Assembly (NCBI GenBank): GCA_021792955.1
Contig: JAJYTP010000003.1
Location: forward strand, 18,037-82,036
Direction: 5' to 3'
Length of the DNA stretch: 64,000 nucleotides
DNA from: an archaeon
Lineage (GTDB): Archaea; Thermoproteota; Nitrososphaeria; Conexivisphaerales; UBA164
Shown here: positions 28,708-38,790 of the stretch, one piece after another
How the letters are laid out: every line of letters starts with the position of its first letter
How positions within the stretch are numbered: the stretch's first letter is position 1
Position numbers and translations under genes: made by a program
The notes under the pieces: model-generated
What the model was told of the DNA's origin: nothing
The model's input: the letters and a program-made list of their open reading frames with translations, nothing else
Database searches by the model: none

Positions 28708-29142
28708 ATGAAGATGGTGGATATATCGGACAAAAGGGAGGTAAGCAGAAGGGCCACCGCGATCGGTGAAATCAAGTTGAAACAAGAAACTTGCACGCTG
28801 ATCAAGGCTGGGAAGATTGAGAAAGGGGACCCATTGACGGTTGCAGAAATTTCTGCAATAAATGGCGTAAAGGAGTCATCAAGGCTGCTGACCTTCTCGC
28901 ACCAGATACCCCTGGAGTCGGTTACGGCGCAGGCCAAGTTAACGGATTCTGGCGCAAGCCTAGTCGTTAGCGCGTCAGCCCATTACAGAACGGGGGTCGA
29001 AATGGATGCGCTGACAGGCGTCGCTATAGGGCTTTTGAACCTCTGGGATATGGTCAAGAAATATGAAAAGGATGAAGAAGGGCAATACCCCTCCACGGTA
29101 GTGCATAACCTCCGCGTGCTAGAGAAGGTCAAGGAAAAATGA
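28708..29142 (+). CDS. moaC: Cyclic pyranopterin monophosphate synthase accessory protein MoaC
   Basis: 144 aa. It has KGDPLTVAEISAINGVKESSRLLTFSHQIPL and TGVEMDALTGV. Confidence 0.8.
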   Translation: MKMVDISDKREVSRRATAIGEIKLKQETCTLIKAGKIEKGDPLTVAEISAINGVKESSRLLTFSHQIPLESVTAQAKLTDSGASLVVSASAHYRTGVEMDALTGVAIGLLNLWDMVKKYEKDEEGQYPSTVVHNLRVLEKVKEK

Positions 29143-29732
29143 GCAAGCACTTGTCAGGCAAAAATCAGGAACGCATGGAGCGGGCTGAACACCGGTCCAC
29201 TGCACAGTTGCGGTCGGAGCACGGTCATCACGATAAGGACGTATTTACCCATATTCACTGTTCCCTGATTACCGTAAGTACGTCCAGGTATGAGGGGCTG
29301 CAGAACGGAAAAAGGCTTAAGGATGAAAGCGGGGATATGCTGGAGAAGCTGCTTAAAGGAGCGGGGCACAAGGTGGCGTCTAGGACGCTGGTACCTGATT
29401 CTATAGCTCAAATAAGAAGCGCGGTACTATCGGCTGCGCGTCTGAGGGATGTAAAGCTGATCGTCCTAGTGGGTGGCACCGGTATGTCACGAACCGATGT
29501 CACCTATGATGCCATAAGGCCTCTGTTCCAACGTGAAATGTTCGGGTTCGGTGAAGCTTTCCGTTCAGCCAGCATCTTACAGGTGGGGCTGGACGGTATG
29601 TTCACTAGGGCGGCCCTCGGAATAACCGACGATGACAAGGTCTTGGTATCGCTGCCAGGGTCTATCAACGGCGTCCGGACCGGGTCGGAGCTTCTGGTTA
29701 AGATAATCCCGCATCTTATGTCATTTATATAG
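29139..29732 (+). CDS. moaB: Molybdenum cofactor biosynthesis protein MoaB/MogA family
   Basis: 197 aa. It has ITVSTSR, VLVGGTGMSRTDVT, GFGEAFR and LPGSINGV. An ATGA overlap links it to moaC. Confidence 0.75.
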   Translation: MSKHLSGKNQERMERAEHRSTAQLRSEHGHHDKDVFTHIHCSLITVSTSRYEGLQNGKRLKDESGDMLEKLLKGAGHKVASRTLVPDSIAQIRSAVLSAARLRDVKLIVLVGGTGMSRTDVTYDAIRPLFQREMFGFGEAFRSASILQVGLDGMFTRAALGITDDDKVLVSLPGSINGVRTGSELLVKIIPHLMSFI

Positions 29733-29812
29733 TAAACCCAAATAAGTTGGTGGCATCGAACCATTTGCGCAATTTGTTACATTTCTCCTCACAAAGGGCT
29801 TAGAAGCTAGGC

Positions 29813-30136
29813 ATGGAAGCAAAGTATTTTAATGGCGCTAAGGTTAGAATGATGATCTACTTGGCCAAAAGGACCTTTACTATAGAGATGAGCGATCAGA
29901 CTATACAGATCGATGGATATGACCATAGGAAGGTGCTTATCAAATATCTGATGAAAAGAAGGAGGAGCCTCCTGTCAACTAGGGATCCTAAGAAGGTAGA
30001 GCTCCTGTGGGAGAAATTGCCGAAGAAGGCCACCGTCAAAAGCGTCAGAGAATCCAAAACCTTTGACATAAATTGGAAGCTTAAGGGGGAAGGGGAATTG
30101 ACGGGCGCCAGATTTGTGTTTGACCTCGTACCTTAA
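29813..30136 (+). CDS. Hypothetical small basic protein
   Basis: 107 aa. I recognised no motif. It sits between moaB and the AT-rich nuo promoter region. Confidence 0.3.
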   Translation: MEAKYFNGAKVRMMIYLAKRTFTIEMSDQTIQIDGYDHRKVLIKYLMKRRRSLLSTRDPKKVELLWEKLPKKATVKSVRESKTFDINWKLKGEGELTGARFVFDLVP

Positions 30137-30295
30137 TCAGCACAAATTATATAATATATTCTGATCTAAGATTTTTTTATTAAAATATTTTGCAAATACA
30201 AGCTATAATATATTAATCCCTGAGATTTATCCATTCAGTGAGTTAATATAAATGATAAATAAAGTTAAATATGAACGCTAGATTCATATGATGAT

Positions 30296-30670
30296 ATGCT
30301 GCAGTGGGGCGGAGTCATAATCGACGTGGGGATCATCATGTTGATCGGCATCGCCGTTCCCATACTATCGTATCTTATAGGCAAGGCCCTCGCTTCCCCA
30401 GATTATCCATCAAAGACTCGCAGGTTCGAAAGCGGAAACGAACAGATCGGCAGGGCCAGGGGCATATTCCTTATGCAATATTACCCCTATGCGCTCCTTT
30501 TCATGACGGTGGAGCCATTTGTGGTATTCATATTTATACTGCTTCTAGTGCTCGGGGTGAGCACGACGATCGCCTTCGTTGTGGGCGTGGGGGTAATGGT
30601 TCCGTCTATGCTTTACGCTACGAAGAACGCAAAGGTGGCGGCGAGATGGGTGGTGGAGCAGACGGAGTAG
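30296..30670 (+). CDS. nuoA: NADH-quinone oxidoreductase subunit A
   Basis: 124 aa, 3 TM, with a FESGNE motif. It is the first gene after the AT-rich spacer 30140-30295. Confidence 0.75.
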   Translation: MLQWGGVIIDVGIIMLIGIAVPILSYLIGKALASPDYPSKTRRFESGNEQIGRARGIFLMQYYPYALLFMTVEPFVVFIFILLLVLGVSTTIAFVVGVGVMVPSMLYATKNAKVAARWVVEQTE

Positions 30671-31230
30671 CCTACTTTGGAAATTTGGAGACGGTCTCCA
30701 AGAAGGCGGTCTCCTTTCTGAAGAAGCAAGGATATGTAAAATCAATGATAAATTGGGGAGACAAGTTTTCCCTCTGGCCCGTGCATCTTATGACCTCCTG
30801 TTGTGGTACCGAGTTTGCAGCTGCTTCCGGGCCTCGTTTTGATCTTGAGAGGCTGGGCTTTCTTCCATTTGGGGGCCCACGTCAGACTAACCTCATAGTG
30901 ATCGAAGGCACAACCACGCTCAAGATGGCCCGAAGCGTAAGGATAGTCTGGGAGCAGATGCCGGCGCCAAAATGGGTCATAGCTATGGGGGCCTGCGCTA
31001 TGGATGGCGGTATATTCTATGATAGTTATAATACCGTTCCGGCCAAGGATATAGTTCCCATCGATATTTTTTTAGCCGGTTGTCCGCCTAGGCCCGAAGC
31101 GCTAGCCAGGGCTGTTGTTATGCTCCAGGAAAGCATAGTTAAGAATCGTCCTCCAGCGGCCGATATCCAGGTGACAGCAGCGCCCGCAACACCAGGTCCC
31201 AAGGATGTGGTCGAGGCGGTGTCCAAGTGA
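30646..31230 (+). CDS. nuoB: NADH-quinone oxidoreductase subunit B
   Basis: It has SCCGTEF, GACAMDGG and GCPPRPEAL (N2 cluster ligands). I set the start at ATG 30646. The track start 30304 would overlap nuoA out of frame with an Arg/His-rich nonsense N-terminus. Confidence 0.85.
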   Translation: MGGGADGVAYFGNLETVSKKAVSFLKKQGYVKSMINWGDKFSLWPVHLMTSCCGTEFAAASGPRFDLERLGFLPFGGPRQTNLIVIEGTTTLKMARSVRIVWEQMPAPKWVIAMGACAMDGGIFYDSYNTVPAKDIVPIDIFLAGCPPRPEALARAVVMLQESIVKNRPPAADIQVTAAPATPGPKDVVEAVSK

Positions 31231-31688
31231 CGGCCGCAAGCCGGGTCATCACGGGGATCACCTTTACCACCGATGAAGCCAAGGGAATATTCGAAGTTGA
31301 AGCGTCTGATGGCGCCCATCTGCTGGACCTTGCGACCCGGCTTAAGGCCGCTGGGTTTGACCACTGCCTTTCGGTGACCGCCGAGGACCTTGGTGATAGG
31401 CTGGCCGTGCTATGGCACATATCCAGTTACACTAACAGGGAGCTTTCCGGCATGAACGCCCAAATTAGGCTGGTCGTATCCAAATCAGATAATGTCGAAG
31501 TTCCAACGCTAACCGGCATCTGGGAGAGCGCCAATTTCCTGGAGAGAGAAACTTATGAAATGTTTGGAGTAGTGTTTAAGGGCCATCCCGATATGAGGCG
31601 TCTGTTACTTCCTGATGACTTCACTGGCAAGTGGCCTATGAGGAAGGATTTTCCATTGAAAAAAACTCCGTGGAGGGTGCAAAAATGA
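31227..31688 (+). CDS. nuoC: NADH-quinone oxidoreductase subunit C
   Basis: 153 aa. It has ERETYEMFGVVFKGHPDMRRLLLPDDF. The GTG start sits in a GTGA overlap with the nuoB stop. Confidence 0.8.
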   Translation: MTAASRVITGITFTTDEAKGIFEVEASDGAHLLDLATRLKAAGFDHCLSVTAEDLGDRLAVLWHISSYTNRELSGMNAQIRLVVSKSDNVEVPTLTGIWESANFLERETYEMFGVVFKGHPDMRRLLLPDDFTGKWPMRKDFPLKKTPWRVQK

Positions 31689-32911
31689 GCGCGCCCCAGG
31701 ACCGGACAGCTACGGCCAACCTGACTTACGATGAGCTGGCAGGACTGAAGGCTGACCGGGAACTGGTGCTGCTGATAGGCCCAGCTCACCCAGGCTCCGG
31801 GCATATGAAGATTAAGGTATGGATGGATGGCGATATAATCCAGAGGGTTGACCCCGACATCGGTTTCGTGCATCGTACCACGGAAAAGCTGAGCGAGAAC
31901 CGCCTATATATCAAGGCCATTCCCATTGTGGAACGGGTTATGCTGCCCGACACCATCAATGCCAATCTGGCGTATGTCATAGCCCTGGAAAGGCTGTTGG
32001 GAATAGAGCCGACCCCCCGTGCACAGTATCTCAGGACGCTGACGTCCGAAATCAACAGGATAACGAGCCATCTTTACGGAATAGGGCTGTACGGAATATT
32101 CCTCGGTTCATCGACGGTGTATATGTGGGCCTTTGCAGACAGGGAGCCCCTCATAGACTTGATCGAAGAGATCAGCGGCGCAAGGATAACCTATTCATAC
32201 ATAATTCCCGGCGGGGTCCGATGGGATCTGCCAGCAGGTTTCAAAGAAAGGGCGGAAACGGTGCTGCAGTACATGGAGGCCAGGCTGAAGGACTATGGAA
32301 AGATCTGGGTCAGGAATCCGGTTGTGATGGATAGGACCGAGGGGGTTGGCGTCGTAAGCAAATCAGACGCCATCCGCCTTGGGATAACCGGGCCAAACCT
32401 GAGGGCGTCTGGGGTTGATTACGATACAAGAAGGGCCAAACCATATGCTGCATACCCTAACCTCGACTTCGAAGTCCCTACATTCAGTGAGGGGGACTGC
32501 TATGCCAGGTTGCTTCAGAGGGTCGAGGAGATAGAGCAGAGCATCAGGATCATAAGGCAGGTGCTAAAGGATATCCCTGATGGCAGGATAATCAGCGACG
32601 ATATCTACTCAAAGATGAACCCGCTCCAGAAGAGGATGTATGAAATGAAACACCGGGTGATGTTTCCCGCGTATATGGCCAGCATGAGGCCTGCGGCCGG
32701 AAGGTCAACGGCGAGCGTGGAAGCCGGGCGGGGGGAGATCTTTTTCTACCTGGTAAGTAACGGGGATAAGGTGCCGTTCAGGTTCAGATGGGTGACCCCT
32801 TCGTTTCTCAACCTCCCGTTCTTCACACATGTGATGGTAGGGCAGCACCTTGCCGACCTGCCTGCGATATACGGCAGCTCCGACTACTTCCCTCCGGAGG
32901 CTGACAGGTAA
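31685..32911 (+). CDS. nuoD: NADH-quinone oxidoreductase subunit D
   Basis: It has GPAHPGSGHM, RITSHL, and a C-terminus ending ...FPPEADR. The ATG at 31685 forms an ATGA overlap with the nuoC stop (the track start GTG 31631 is the alternative). Confidence 0.85.
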   Translation: MSAPQDRTATANLTYDELAGLKADRELVLLIGPAHPGSGHMKIKVWMDGDIIQRVDPDIGFVHRTTEKLSENRLYIKAIPIVERVMLPDTINANLAYVIALERLLGIEPTPRAQYLRTLTSEINRITSHLYGIGLYGIFLGSSTVYMWAFADREPLIDLIEEISGARITYSYIIPGGVRWDLPAGFKERAETVLQYMEARLKDYGKIWVRNPVVMDRTEGVGVVSKSDAIRLGITGPNLRASGVDYDTRRAKPYAAYPNLDFEVPTFSEGDCYARLLQRVEEIEQSIRIIRQVLKDIPDGRIISDDIYSKMNPLQKRMYEMKHRVMFPAYMASMRPAAGRSTASVEAGRGEIFFYLVSNGDKVPFRFRWVTPSFLNLPFFTHVMVGQHLADLPAIYGSSDYFPPEADR

Positions 32912-33976
32912 ATGATTCAAATCCTCTCCCTGTTGATGTCGGTTTCATTGGTGTCGTTCATCGAATACATCCTGCCGCCGATCCTTTACATAATAGTCTT
33001 CCCTGGGCTTATAGTTGTCCTGCTGATGCTCTTCTTTATGATATGGCTGGAAAGGAAGGTTGCAGCAAAGACACAGCTGAGGTTTGGGCCCCTCTACGTT
33101 TCGAAGAGGTTTGGAGGCGTAATTCAAACCGTGGCGGACCTGATACGCTTTAGCTTCCAGGAATTCATAATTCCAGCCGGCGCCGACGTCTTCGCCTATA
33201 TTCAGGCTCCGGGCTTGCTCATGGCGTTCGGGCTTCTTCCTCTGATATTTATTCCGGTTGGCCCCTATTATGCGAACATCTTTCCGGCCAACTATTCACT
33301 GCTGATCGTAGTTCCTCTCATAATAATAACGCCAATTTACGTCATACTCCTGGGATGGGCCAGCGATAACAAGTTTTCATTTGTAGGTTCGATGAGGGAG
33401 GCATTCCTTGTCATATCCTATGAGATCCCATTAATCCTCTCCATCCTTTCTATGATACTTCTTTATGGAAGCGTCAACGCGATCAACGGAGTGAGCTTTC
33501 AGATAGGAAGGGGCATACCGGGAATCGTGCTAAACCCCATAGCCGCCTTCCTCTTCTTGGTGGTGATGATAAGGACCACCGGCCGATTTCCATTTGAAAT
33601 AAGCGAAGCTGAAAGCGAGGTTGTCATGGGCCCGTATACAGAGTACAGTGCGCTGTTCTTTGGGATAGGGATGAGCCTGCCGTACATCGAGCTCTATTCG
33701 TTCAGCCTGCTCTTTTCCGTGCTGTTCCTGGGAGGGTGGTGGCCTATTGTACCTTCTGCGGCAGCGGCCTCAGGGGTGGTGGGCGGGCTCCTGCTGCCGG
33801 GCCTGGTGGTCTTTATAAAGGCGCTGATCGTGATGGCTTTCCTTGTGTTTTTAAGGGCCGTATACCCAAGGTACAGGATAGATCAGGCGATAACGGTTGG
33901 CTGGGATCAGGCGGTGTACCTTGGATTTGCGGCTGTGGCACTTTCAATGGCGCTAGTTTGGAGTGGTCTGGTTTGA
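32912..33976 (+). CDS. nuoH: NADH-quinone oxidoreductase subunit H
   Basis: 354 aa, polytopic. It has WLERKVAAKTQLRFGP...GGVIQTVADLIRF. Confidence 0.85.
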   Translation: MIQILSLLMSVSLVSFIEYILPPILYIIVFPGLIVVLLMLFFMIWLERKVAAKTQLRFGPLYVSKRFGGVIQTVADLIRFSFQEFIIPAGADVFAYIQAPGLLMAFGLLPLIFIPVGPYYANIFPANYSLLIVVPLIIITPIYVILLGWASDNKFSFVGSMREAFLVISYEIPLILSILSMILLYGSVNAINGVSFQIGRGIPGIVLNPIAAFLFLVVMIRTTGRFPFEISEAESEVVMGPYTEYSALFFGIGMSLPYIELYSFSLLFSVLFLGGWWPIVPSAAAASGVVGGLLLPGLVVFIKALIVMAFLVFLRAVYPRYRIDQAITVGWDQAVYLGFAAVALSMALVWSGLV

Positions 33977-34527
33977 CTGGGCGAAAAAATAACCGTATAA
34001 AGGGACATGTCGACGCGTTAGCCACCGGCTTCAAATACCTGGCCGAGCCCAACAGGATGACGCTGAACTACCCGGACGAATCCATGAATCTCAAGGATAA
34101 CTACAGGGGGTTCTTCGCAGTTAAGGATAAAACGTGCATAGGGTGCAGCCTGTGTGAGATAGTCTGCCCACCGAAGGCCATCTCCATGCTTGACCTGACC
34201 GATGCCGGAGGAAAGAAGAAGAAGAGGCCGATGATCGACTGGGGTCTCTGCATATTCTGCTATTTCTGCGTAGACATATGTCCTACAGATGCCTTCCAGA
34301 CTTCGCAGGTTCATGATAAGGCCTTCTACTCGGAAACCGAATATCAAACGGTCCATGGCGAGCCGATGCAGTATCCTTATGACTACAGTAAGCGGCCTGA
34401 TTATAAGGAAATATATGAATCATTTCATGATGTAGCGCCGGACGATCCGTCGGCCGGCTCGAAAAAGGTGGTTCCAAAGTTCGACAAAAAGAGGGGGATA
34501 AAATATGAGCATCCTGGTCAGCCTTAG
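33973..34527 (+). CDS. nuoI: NADH-quinone oxidoreductase subunit I (2x[4Fe-4S])
   Basis: It has CIGCSLCEIVCP and CIFCYFCVDICP. I set the start at TTG 33973 (TTGA overlap with the nuoH stop), because the conserved ...TLNYPDE region needs an upstream start and the rest of track ORF 33736- overlaps nuoH. Confidence 0.8.
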   Translation: MTGRKNNRIKGHVDALATGFKYLAEPNRMTLNYPDESMNLKDNYRGFFAVKDKTCIGCSLCEIVCPPKAISMLDLTDAGGKKKKRPMIDWGLCIFCYFCVDICPTDAFQTSQVHDKAFYSETEYQTVHGEPMQYPYDYSKRPDYKEIYESFHDVAPDDPSAGSKKVVPKFDKKRGIKYEHPGQP

Positions 34528-34984
34528 CGTCATTGCCTCTTCAGTGGCCGCAGTAGCCTTCTCCTGGCTGACTGTAACCCACAGGTCTTTGATTTATTCG
34601 GCCCTGTTTCTTTCGCTGCTGGGCCTGGCCAATGCTGCCATCTTTTTCATCCTGGGCTTCATCCTGGTCGCCTTCATGCAGATAATAATCTATGTTGGCG
34701 CCGCCGTCCTGTTCATAATAATGTCGGTATCAATGATGAAGGAGCCTCCAAAGATGTACATGGGTGTCAAGTATGCGGCGTTTGGCGCTGCAGCCGCGCT
34801 GGCCATAGTTTTCTTTCTGGTGCTGTTCGCCGGCTCGCGCCTTTCACTGGCTCCCATCTCCGTGAGCATTACATCCATGGTCAACTACTTGGTCAGCTAT
34901 GGTTATGCCGGCCTGATCGTCCTATTTATCATGTTGAGCATAGCGCTTCTGGCTTCAATAGCCATAGTTAGGAGGGATGACTGA
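34505..34984 (+). CDS. nuoJ: NADH-quinone oxidoreductase subunit J
   Basis: 159 aa, 5 TM. Position and size are as expected in the operon. Confidence 0.7.
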   Translation: MSILVSLSVIASSVAAVAFSWLTVTHRSLIYSALFLSLLGLANAAIFFILGFILVAFMQIIIYVGAAVLFIIMSVSMMKEPPKMYMGVKYAAFGAAAALAIVFFLVLFAGSRLSLAPISVSITSMVNYLVSYGYAGLIVLFIMLSIALLASIAIVRRDD

Positions 34985-34989
34985 GCATC

Positions 34990-35307
34990 ATGAACCCTGT
35001 TTTCTATATCGTCCTTTTTACGTCTATATTCATGATCGGCATGGGTTTCGCAGGTTCTGTGGGAAACCGTAACCCGGTTAAGATGCTGCTATCCATAGAG
35101 GTTTCATTCAATGGGGTGCTGTTGCTGCTGCTGTATCTGGCTACGTCTTTGGATGCTGCGCTTCTGGGCGCCGACCTGTCCATACTGGCAATAGGCCTTT
35201 CAATAGGGGAAATAGCGATAATAATGAGCGTCATGATAGCGCTTTTCAGGGCAGGCATGATAAGGGAGCTAGATGAAAAGGAGTTCAGGGAGGAGGAGGC
35301 CGAATGA
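34990..35307 (+). CDS. nuoK: NADH-quinone oxidoreductase subunit K
   Basis: 105 aa, 3 TM, with conserved membrane Glu residues (SIEVSFN, GEIAII). Confidence 0.7.
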   Translation: MNPVFYIVLFTSIFMIGMGFAGSVGNRNPVKMLLSIEVSFNGVLLLLLYLATSLDAALLGADLSILAIGLSIGEIAIIMSVMIALFRAGMIRELDEKEFREEEAE

Positions 35308-36788
35308 CAGTTACAGCATTGCCCCTTGGCCTCAGCGTCCTGCTGGTCCCCTTCGTGGTATCCGTCCTGCTGCTGGTGATAGGGGGAAGGCTCAGGCCGC
35401 GGCTTCTTGCGTACATATCTGCTGCTTCGCTGGGGGTGCCCTTAGTATTCACGTCCGCCGTCATGGCGCTTTACCGATCCTATAGCGCTACCCTGCTCGC
35501 CGTAGGAGGGCTCGGGTCATTTATGGTGGTCATAAACGGGCTGAACTGGCCGGTCCTCTTGGGTATAATGGCCGTGACCATGGCCATTGCTATATATTCA
35601 GTCCCCTATATGAAGAGGAGATTCGAAGAGCTCGGGAAGGAACACTGGGGCACGTATTTCTTCCTCTATACGTTTTTCTCCGCTTCTATGGTTGGGATCG
35701 TGGAGTCAAACAATTTTATAATGTTCTATCTGTTTCTTGAGCTGAGCCTGATAAGCTCTTTCCTGCTCATAGCCTTCTATGGATATGGGGACAGGGGCAG
35801 GGTTTCCTTCATATACCTAATATGGACCCATCTGGGTGCCTTCCTTTTCCTCCTTGGCGGTTTCATATACGGAATGGTCCTGGGAACCTTCAACTTCTAT
35901 CCCGTTCCCCCCAACCTGAGTTCCATATTCCCCTATGTATACGTGGTCATAGCGCTTATACTTCTTGGGCTGTTTATCAAGATGGCAATCTTCGGGGTGC
36001 ACGTATGGCTCCCCTATGCTCACGCTGAAGCGCCGACCCCGATATCAGCGCTGCTGTCGCCAGCGCTCATCGGGATCGGTGGATACGCGATCATCAGGAT
36101 CCCTTATATTTTGTTCTTTTCGTATATGATCAAGCTTCAGTGGGCGCTCATAGTGCTGGCGCTGGTTACCATAATATACAGCGGGCTTCTGACTTTCCAT
36201 CAGAAGGATCTAAAGCGGCTTCTGGCATATTCCAGCATAGCACAGATGGGATATATGCTCCTAGGAATTGCATCGTTCAATCCTCTTGGCATAGTTGGAG
36301 CGATCCTGCAGTTCTATGCGCACGCCGTCGGCAAATCACTTCTCTTCTCCTCCTCCGGTGCCATTATAACCGAAAACAATGGGTTAAGGGATATAACGAA
36401 GATGGGCGGCATGGCCAAGGAAATGCCTATGACAACCTCCATGGCTATGTTGGGATTCATGGACATATCGGGCCTTCCCCCAACCGTGGGCTTCTTCAGC
36501 AAGCTGTTCATCCTGCTGGGCGTAGGCAGCTTCCTGGTTAATTCAGGCGTATACGGCTTCATCATGCTGATATTCCTCGTAGTGGGGTTCGGCATAACCC
36601 CTGCATATTCCTTCACGGCCATGAAAAGGGTCTTCTTCGGACCGTCGAGGAAGGGGTTCAAGGACGCGGGCCTGATGATGCTGGCTCCGCTTATCTTCAT
36701 AGCTATACTCGGCATAATCACCTTTATTTTTCCAGGATTGCTGATCACGCCGCTCTACCTTTATGTGCATTCTCTTATGGGGGGCTAA
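35304..36788 (+). CDS. nuoM: NADH-quinone oxidoreductase antiporter-like subunit, NuoM-type
   Basis: 494 aa, polytopic, Mrp-antiporter-like (LFLELSLISSFLLIAFYG, WLPYAHAEAPTP). An ATGA overlap links it to nuoK. Confidence 0.65.
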   Translation: MTVTALPLGLSVLLVPFVVSVLLLVIGGRLRPRLLAYISAASLGVPLVFTSAVMALYRSYSATLLAVGGLGSFMVVINGLNWPVLLGIMAVTMAIAIYSVPYMKRRFEELGKEHWGTYFFLYTFFSASMVGIVESNNFIMFYLFLELSLISSFLLIAFYGYGDRGRVSFIYLIWTHLGAFLFLLGGFIYGMVLGTFNFYPVPPNLSSIFPYVYVVIALILLGLFIKMAIFGVHVWLPYAHAEAPTPISALLSPALIGIGGYAIIRIPYILFFSYMIKLQWALIVLALVTIIYSGLLTFHQKDLKRLLAYSSIAQMGYMLLGIASFNPLGIVGAILQFYAHAVGKSLLFSSSGAIITENNGLRDITKMGGMAKEMPMTTSMAMLGFMDISGLPPTVGFFSKLFILLGVGSFLVNSGVYGFIMLIFLVVGFGITPAYSFTAMKRVFFGPSRKGFKDAGLMMLAPLIFIAILGIITFIFPGLLITPLYLYVHSLMGG

Positions 36789-36791
36789 AGC

Positions 36792-38789
36792 ATGAACTAT
36801 CTTCCTTACCTTATCTGGGCCTCGCCCTTTGTGGCTTCCGCCCTTGTGCTGGCGCTGCACAACAGGAAGGCTGCCGGGGGCATCTCCATTGGATCAATAG
36901 CCATAGCCACCCTTATATCAACCTATGAGCTGGCCGGCCTGAGCGGCCATCCGGTGGTTCTGAATATCAGCTGGTTCTCCCTGGGTGCCCTTCAGGTAAA
37001 CTTGGGCATGCTGATGGACGGGCTCTCCACCATCATGGCTCTGGTAGTGGCAGTGATATCCCTGCTGATATCGATATACAGCTACAGGTACATGGAAGAC
37101 GATGATGGAATAAACAGGTACTGGTTCTTCTTTACGTTCTTCGTAGGCTCCATGTTGCTCCTTGTCCTCAGTAATAACCTGCTGCTGCTGCTGATAGGCT
37201 GGGAGGGTACCACACTTTCTTCGTACGCGCTAATAGGGCACTGGTACACGGACGAGCCTGAAAGGTGGGTGGGTGATGCAGACAGGCACGCGCTAGGCGT
37301 GCCGGCCTGGTCAACACCAAGTGAGGCGGCCATAAGGGCCATTGTATTTACTTCCCTTGCTGACGTTGCGTTCATAACCGCCATAGGCATGCTTTATTCA
37401 GTATCGGGGACCTTCAGCATAAGCGTTCTTGCCTCTTCCATGCCGCATGTGCTGGCCGTGATGCAGAGCAGGGGGATACTGATCCCATTTCTGATAGCCT
37501 TCTCCCTCGGCGCATTTGCAAAATCGGCCCAGTTCCCATTCCATGAGTGGCTGGTAACTGCAATGACCGGGCCCAGCAGCATAAGCGCGCTCATACACGC
37601 TGCTACAATGGTTAACGCAGGCGTTTATCTGTTGCTCAGGTTCACCCCCATGTTCATAAGCGGTTCCCTGGCGGATGGCCTGTCGGCCCAGATCGAGCCT
37701 TTCTTCATCTACATGCTAATAATTGGAGCCCTTACGGCCTTCATGATGGCCAGCCAGGCAACTGTAGCAAAGGAGCTTAAGCTGATCCTTGCATATTCCA
37801 CCGCATCCCAGATCGGCTATATGTTCATGGCCATAGGGGCCTCCTTCTTCATCTTGCCAACGGTGGCACTGTTTGCCGCCTTCTCGCATATGATCAGCCA
37901 GGCTATATTTAAGGCGGCGCTCTTCCTTGTAGCTGGGGTTCTGATTCACCAGTTCGGATCCAGGTACATAGGGGATATGCGTGGGATCTGGAAATACATG
38001 AAGTACTCTTCAATAGCCTTCTTCCTGGCAGCGCTTTCCCTCTCGGGCATACCCCCATTTTCCGGCTTCTGGGATAAGGACCTTATCCTTGACCTGACAT
38101 CGTCAGCCGGACTCTGGGCCGCCTATGCGGTGGGAATGGTTGTGGCCTTCCTGACGGCCTTCTACATTTTCAGGGTGATAGTTATGACCTTCCAGGCTGG
38201 GCCAAGGGGGGAGGTGAAGGAGGCAAAAAGAAGCATGATGTGGCCATACCTGTTGCTTGGAGTGGCGGCACTGCTGTTCGGTATCCTTTGGCCCTATGCT
38301 CTGGGAAACATCTCTGGTCGGATCTACATCGCCATGACCTTCGATTCGATAATCAAGTGGGCCCCCGCTCAGGTGGTGTCTCAGATTCCGTTCAACTTGG
38401 TGATGTCAGTCCCATCGGTGGCAGTGAGCCTAACGGGGGTATTCCTTGCGTATTTCCTGTACAGGGGTGGAAAGCAGCCGTCTATTTCGAAGGGCAAGGC
38501 CGGAGGGATGTTCGGCGCGATATACGCCTTCTTCTATGACAGGTGGTTCATAAACGCCGTCTACTACAGGGTTTTTGTTAACGGCCTTTCGGAGCTGTCA
38601 ACCTTACTGGGGGTTTTCGTCGAGGCTAAGTTCTTTGATGGCATATATCATAATTATATCCCGAACGCGTTAGCCAGGGTGAGTGGAAGGTTCAGGAGGT
38701 TGCAGTCGGGCGATTTCGACCGTTTTATAGGGCTGATGTTCCTTGGCCTGCTGGCGTTAATCATAATATTTCTTATATTTTTGAGGTGA
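36792..38789 (+). CDS. nuoL: NADH-quinone oxidoreductase subunit L
   Basis: 665 aa, the longest antiporter-like subunit, with a C-terminal extension (lateral-helix region). It has GWEGTTLSSYALIGHWY and HEWLVTAMTGPSSISALIHAATMV. Confidence 0.75.
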   Translation: MNYLPYLIWASPFVASALVLALHNRKAAGGISIGSIAIATLISTYELAGLSGHPVVLNISWFSLGALQVNLGMLMDGLSTIMALVVAVISLLISIYSYRYMEDDDGINRYWFFFTFFVGSMLLLVLSNNLLLLLIGWEGTTLSSYALIGHWYTDEPERWVGDADRHALGVPAWSTPSEAAIRAIVFTSLADVAFITAIGMLYSVSGTFSISVLASSMPHVLAVMQSRGILIPFLIAFSLGAFAKSAQFPFHEWLVTAMTGPSSISALIHAATMVNAGVYLLLRFTPMFISGSLADGLSAQIEPFFIYMLIIGALTAFMMASQATVAKELKLILAYSTASQIGYMFMAIGASFFILPTVALFAAFSHMISQAIFKAALFLVAGVLIHQFGSRYIGDMRGIWKYMKYSSIAFFLAALSLSGIPPFSGFWDKDLILDLTSSAGLWAAYAVGMVVAFLTAFYIFRVIVMTFQAGPRGEVKEAKRSMMWPYLLLGVAALLFGILWPYALGNISGRIYIAMTFDSIIKWAPAQVVSQIPFNLVMSVPSVAVSLTGVFLAYFLYRGGKQPSISKGKAGGMFGAIYAFFYDRWFINAVYYRVFVNGLSELSTLLGVFVEAKFFDGIYHNYIPNALARVSGRFRRLQSGDFDRFIGLMFLGLLALIIIFLIFLR

Positions 38790-38790
38790 T

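Noticed and set aside
30304-30645. The long N-terminal extension of the nuoB track ORF (also 33736-33972 for nuoI, 45043-45228, 57772-57846, 59263-59388 and 31631-31684).
   Set aside because: The extensions overlap the upstream genes or a repeat element and encode Arg/His/Gly-rich nonsense. Conserved N-termini begin at the downstream starts I chose.
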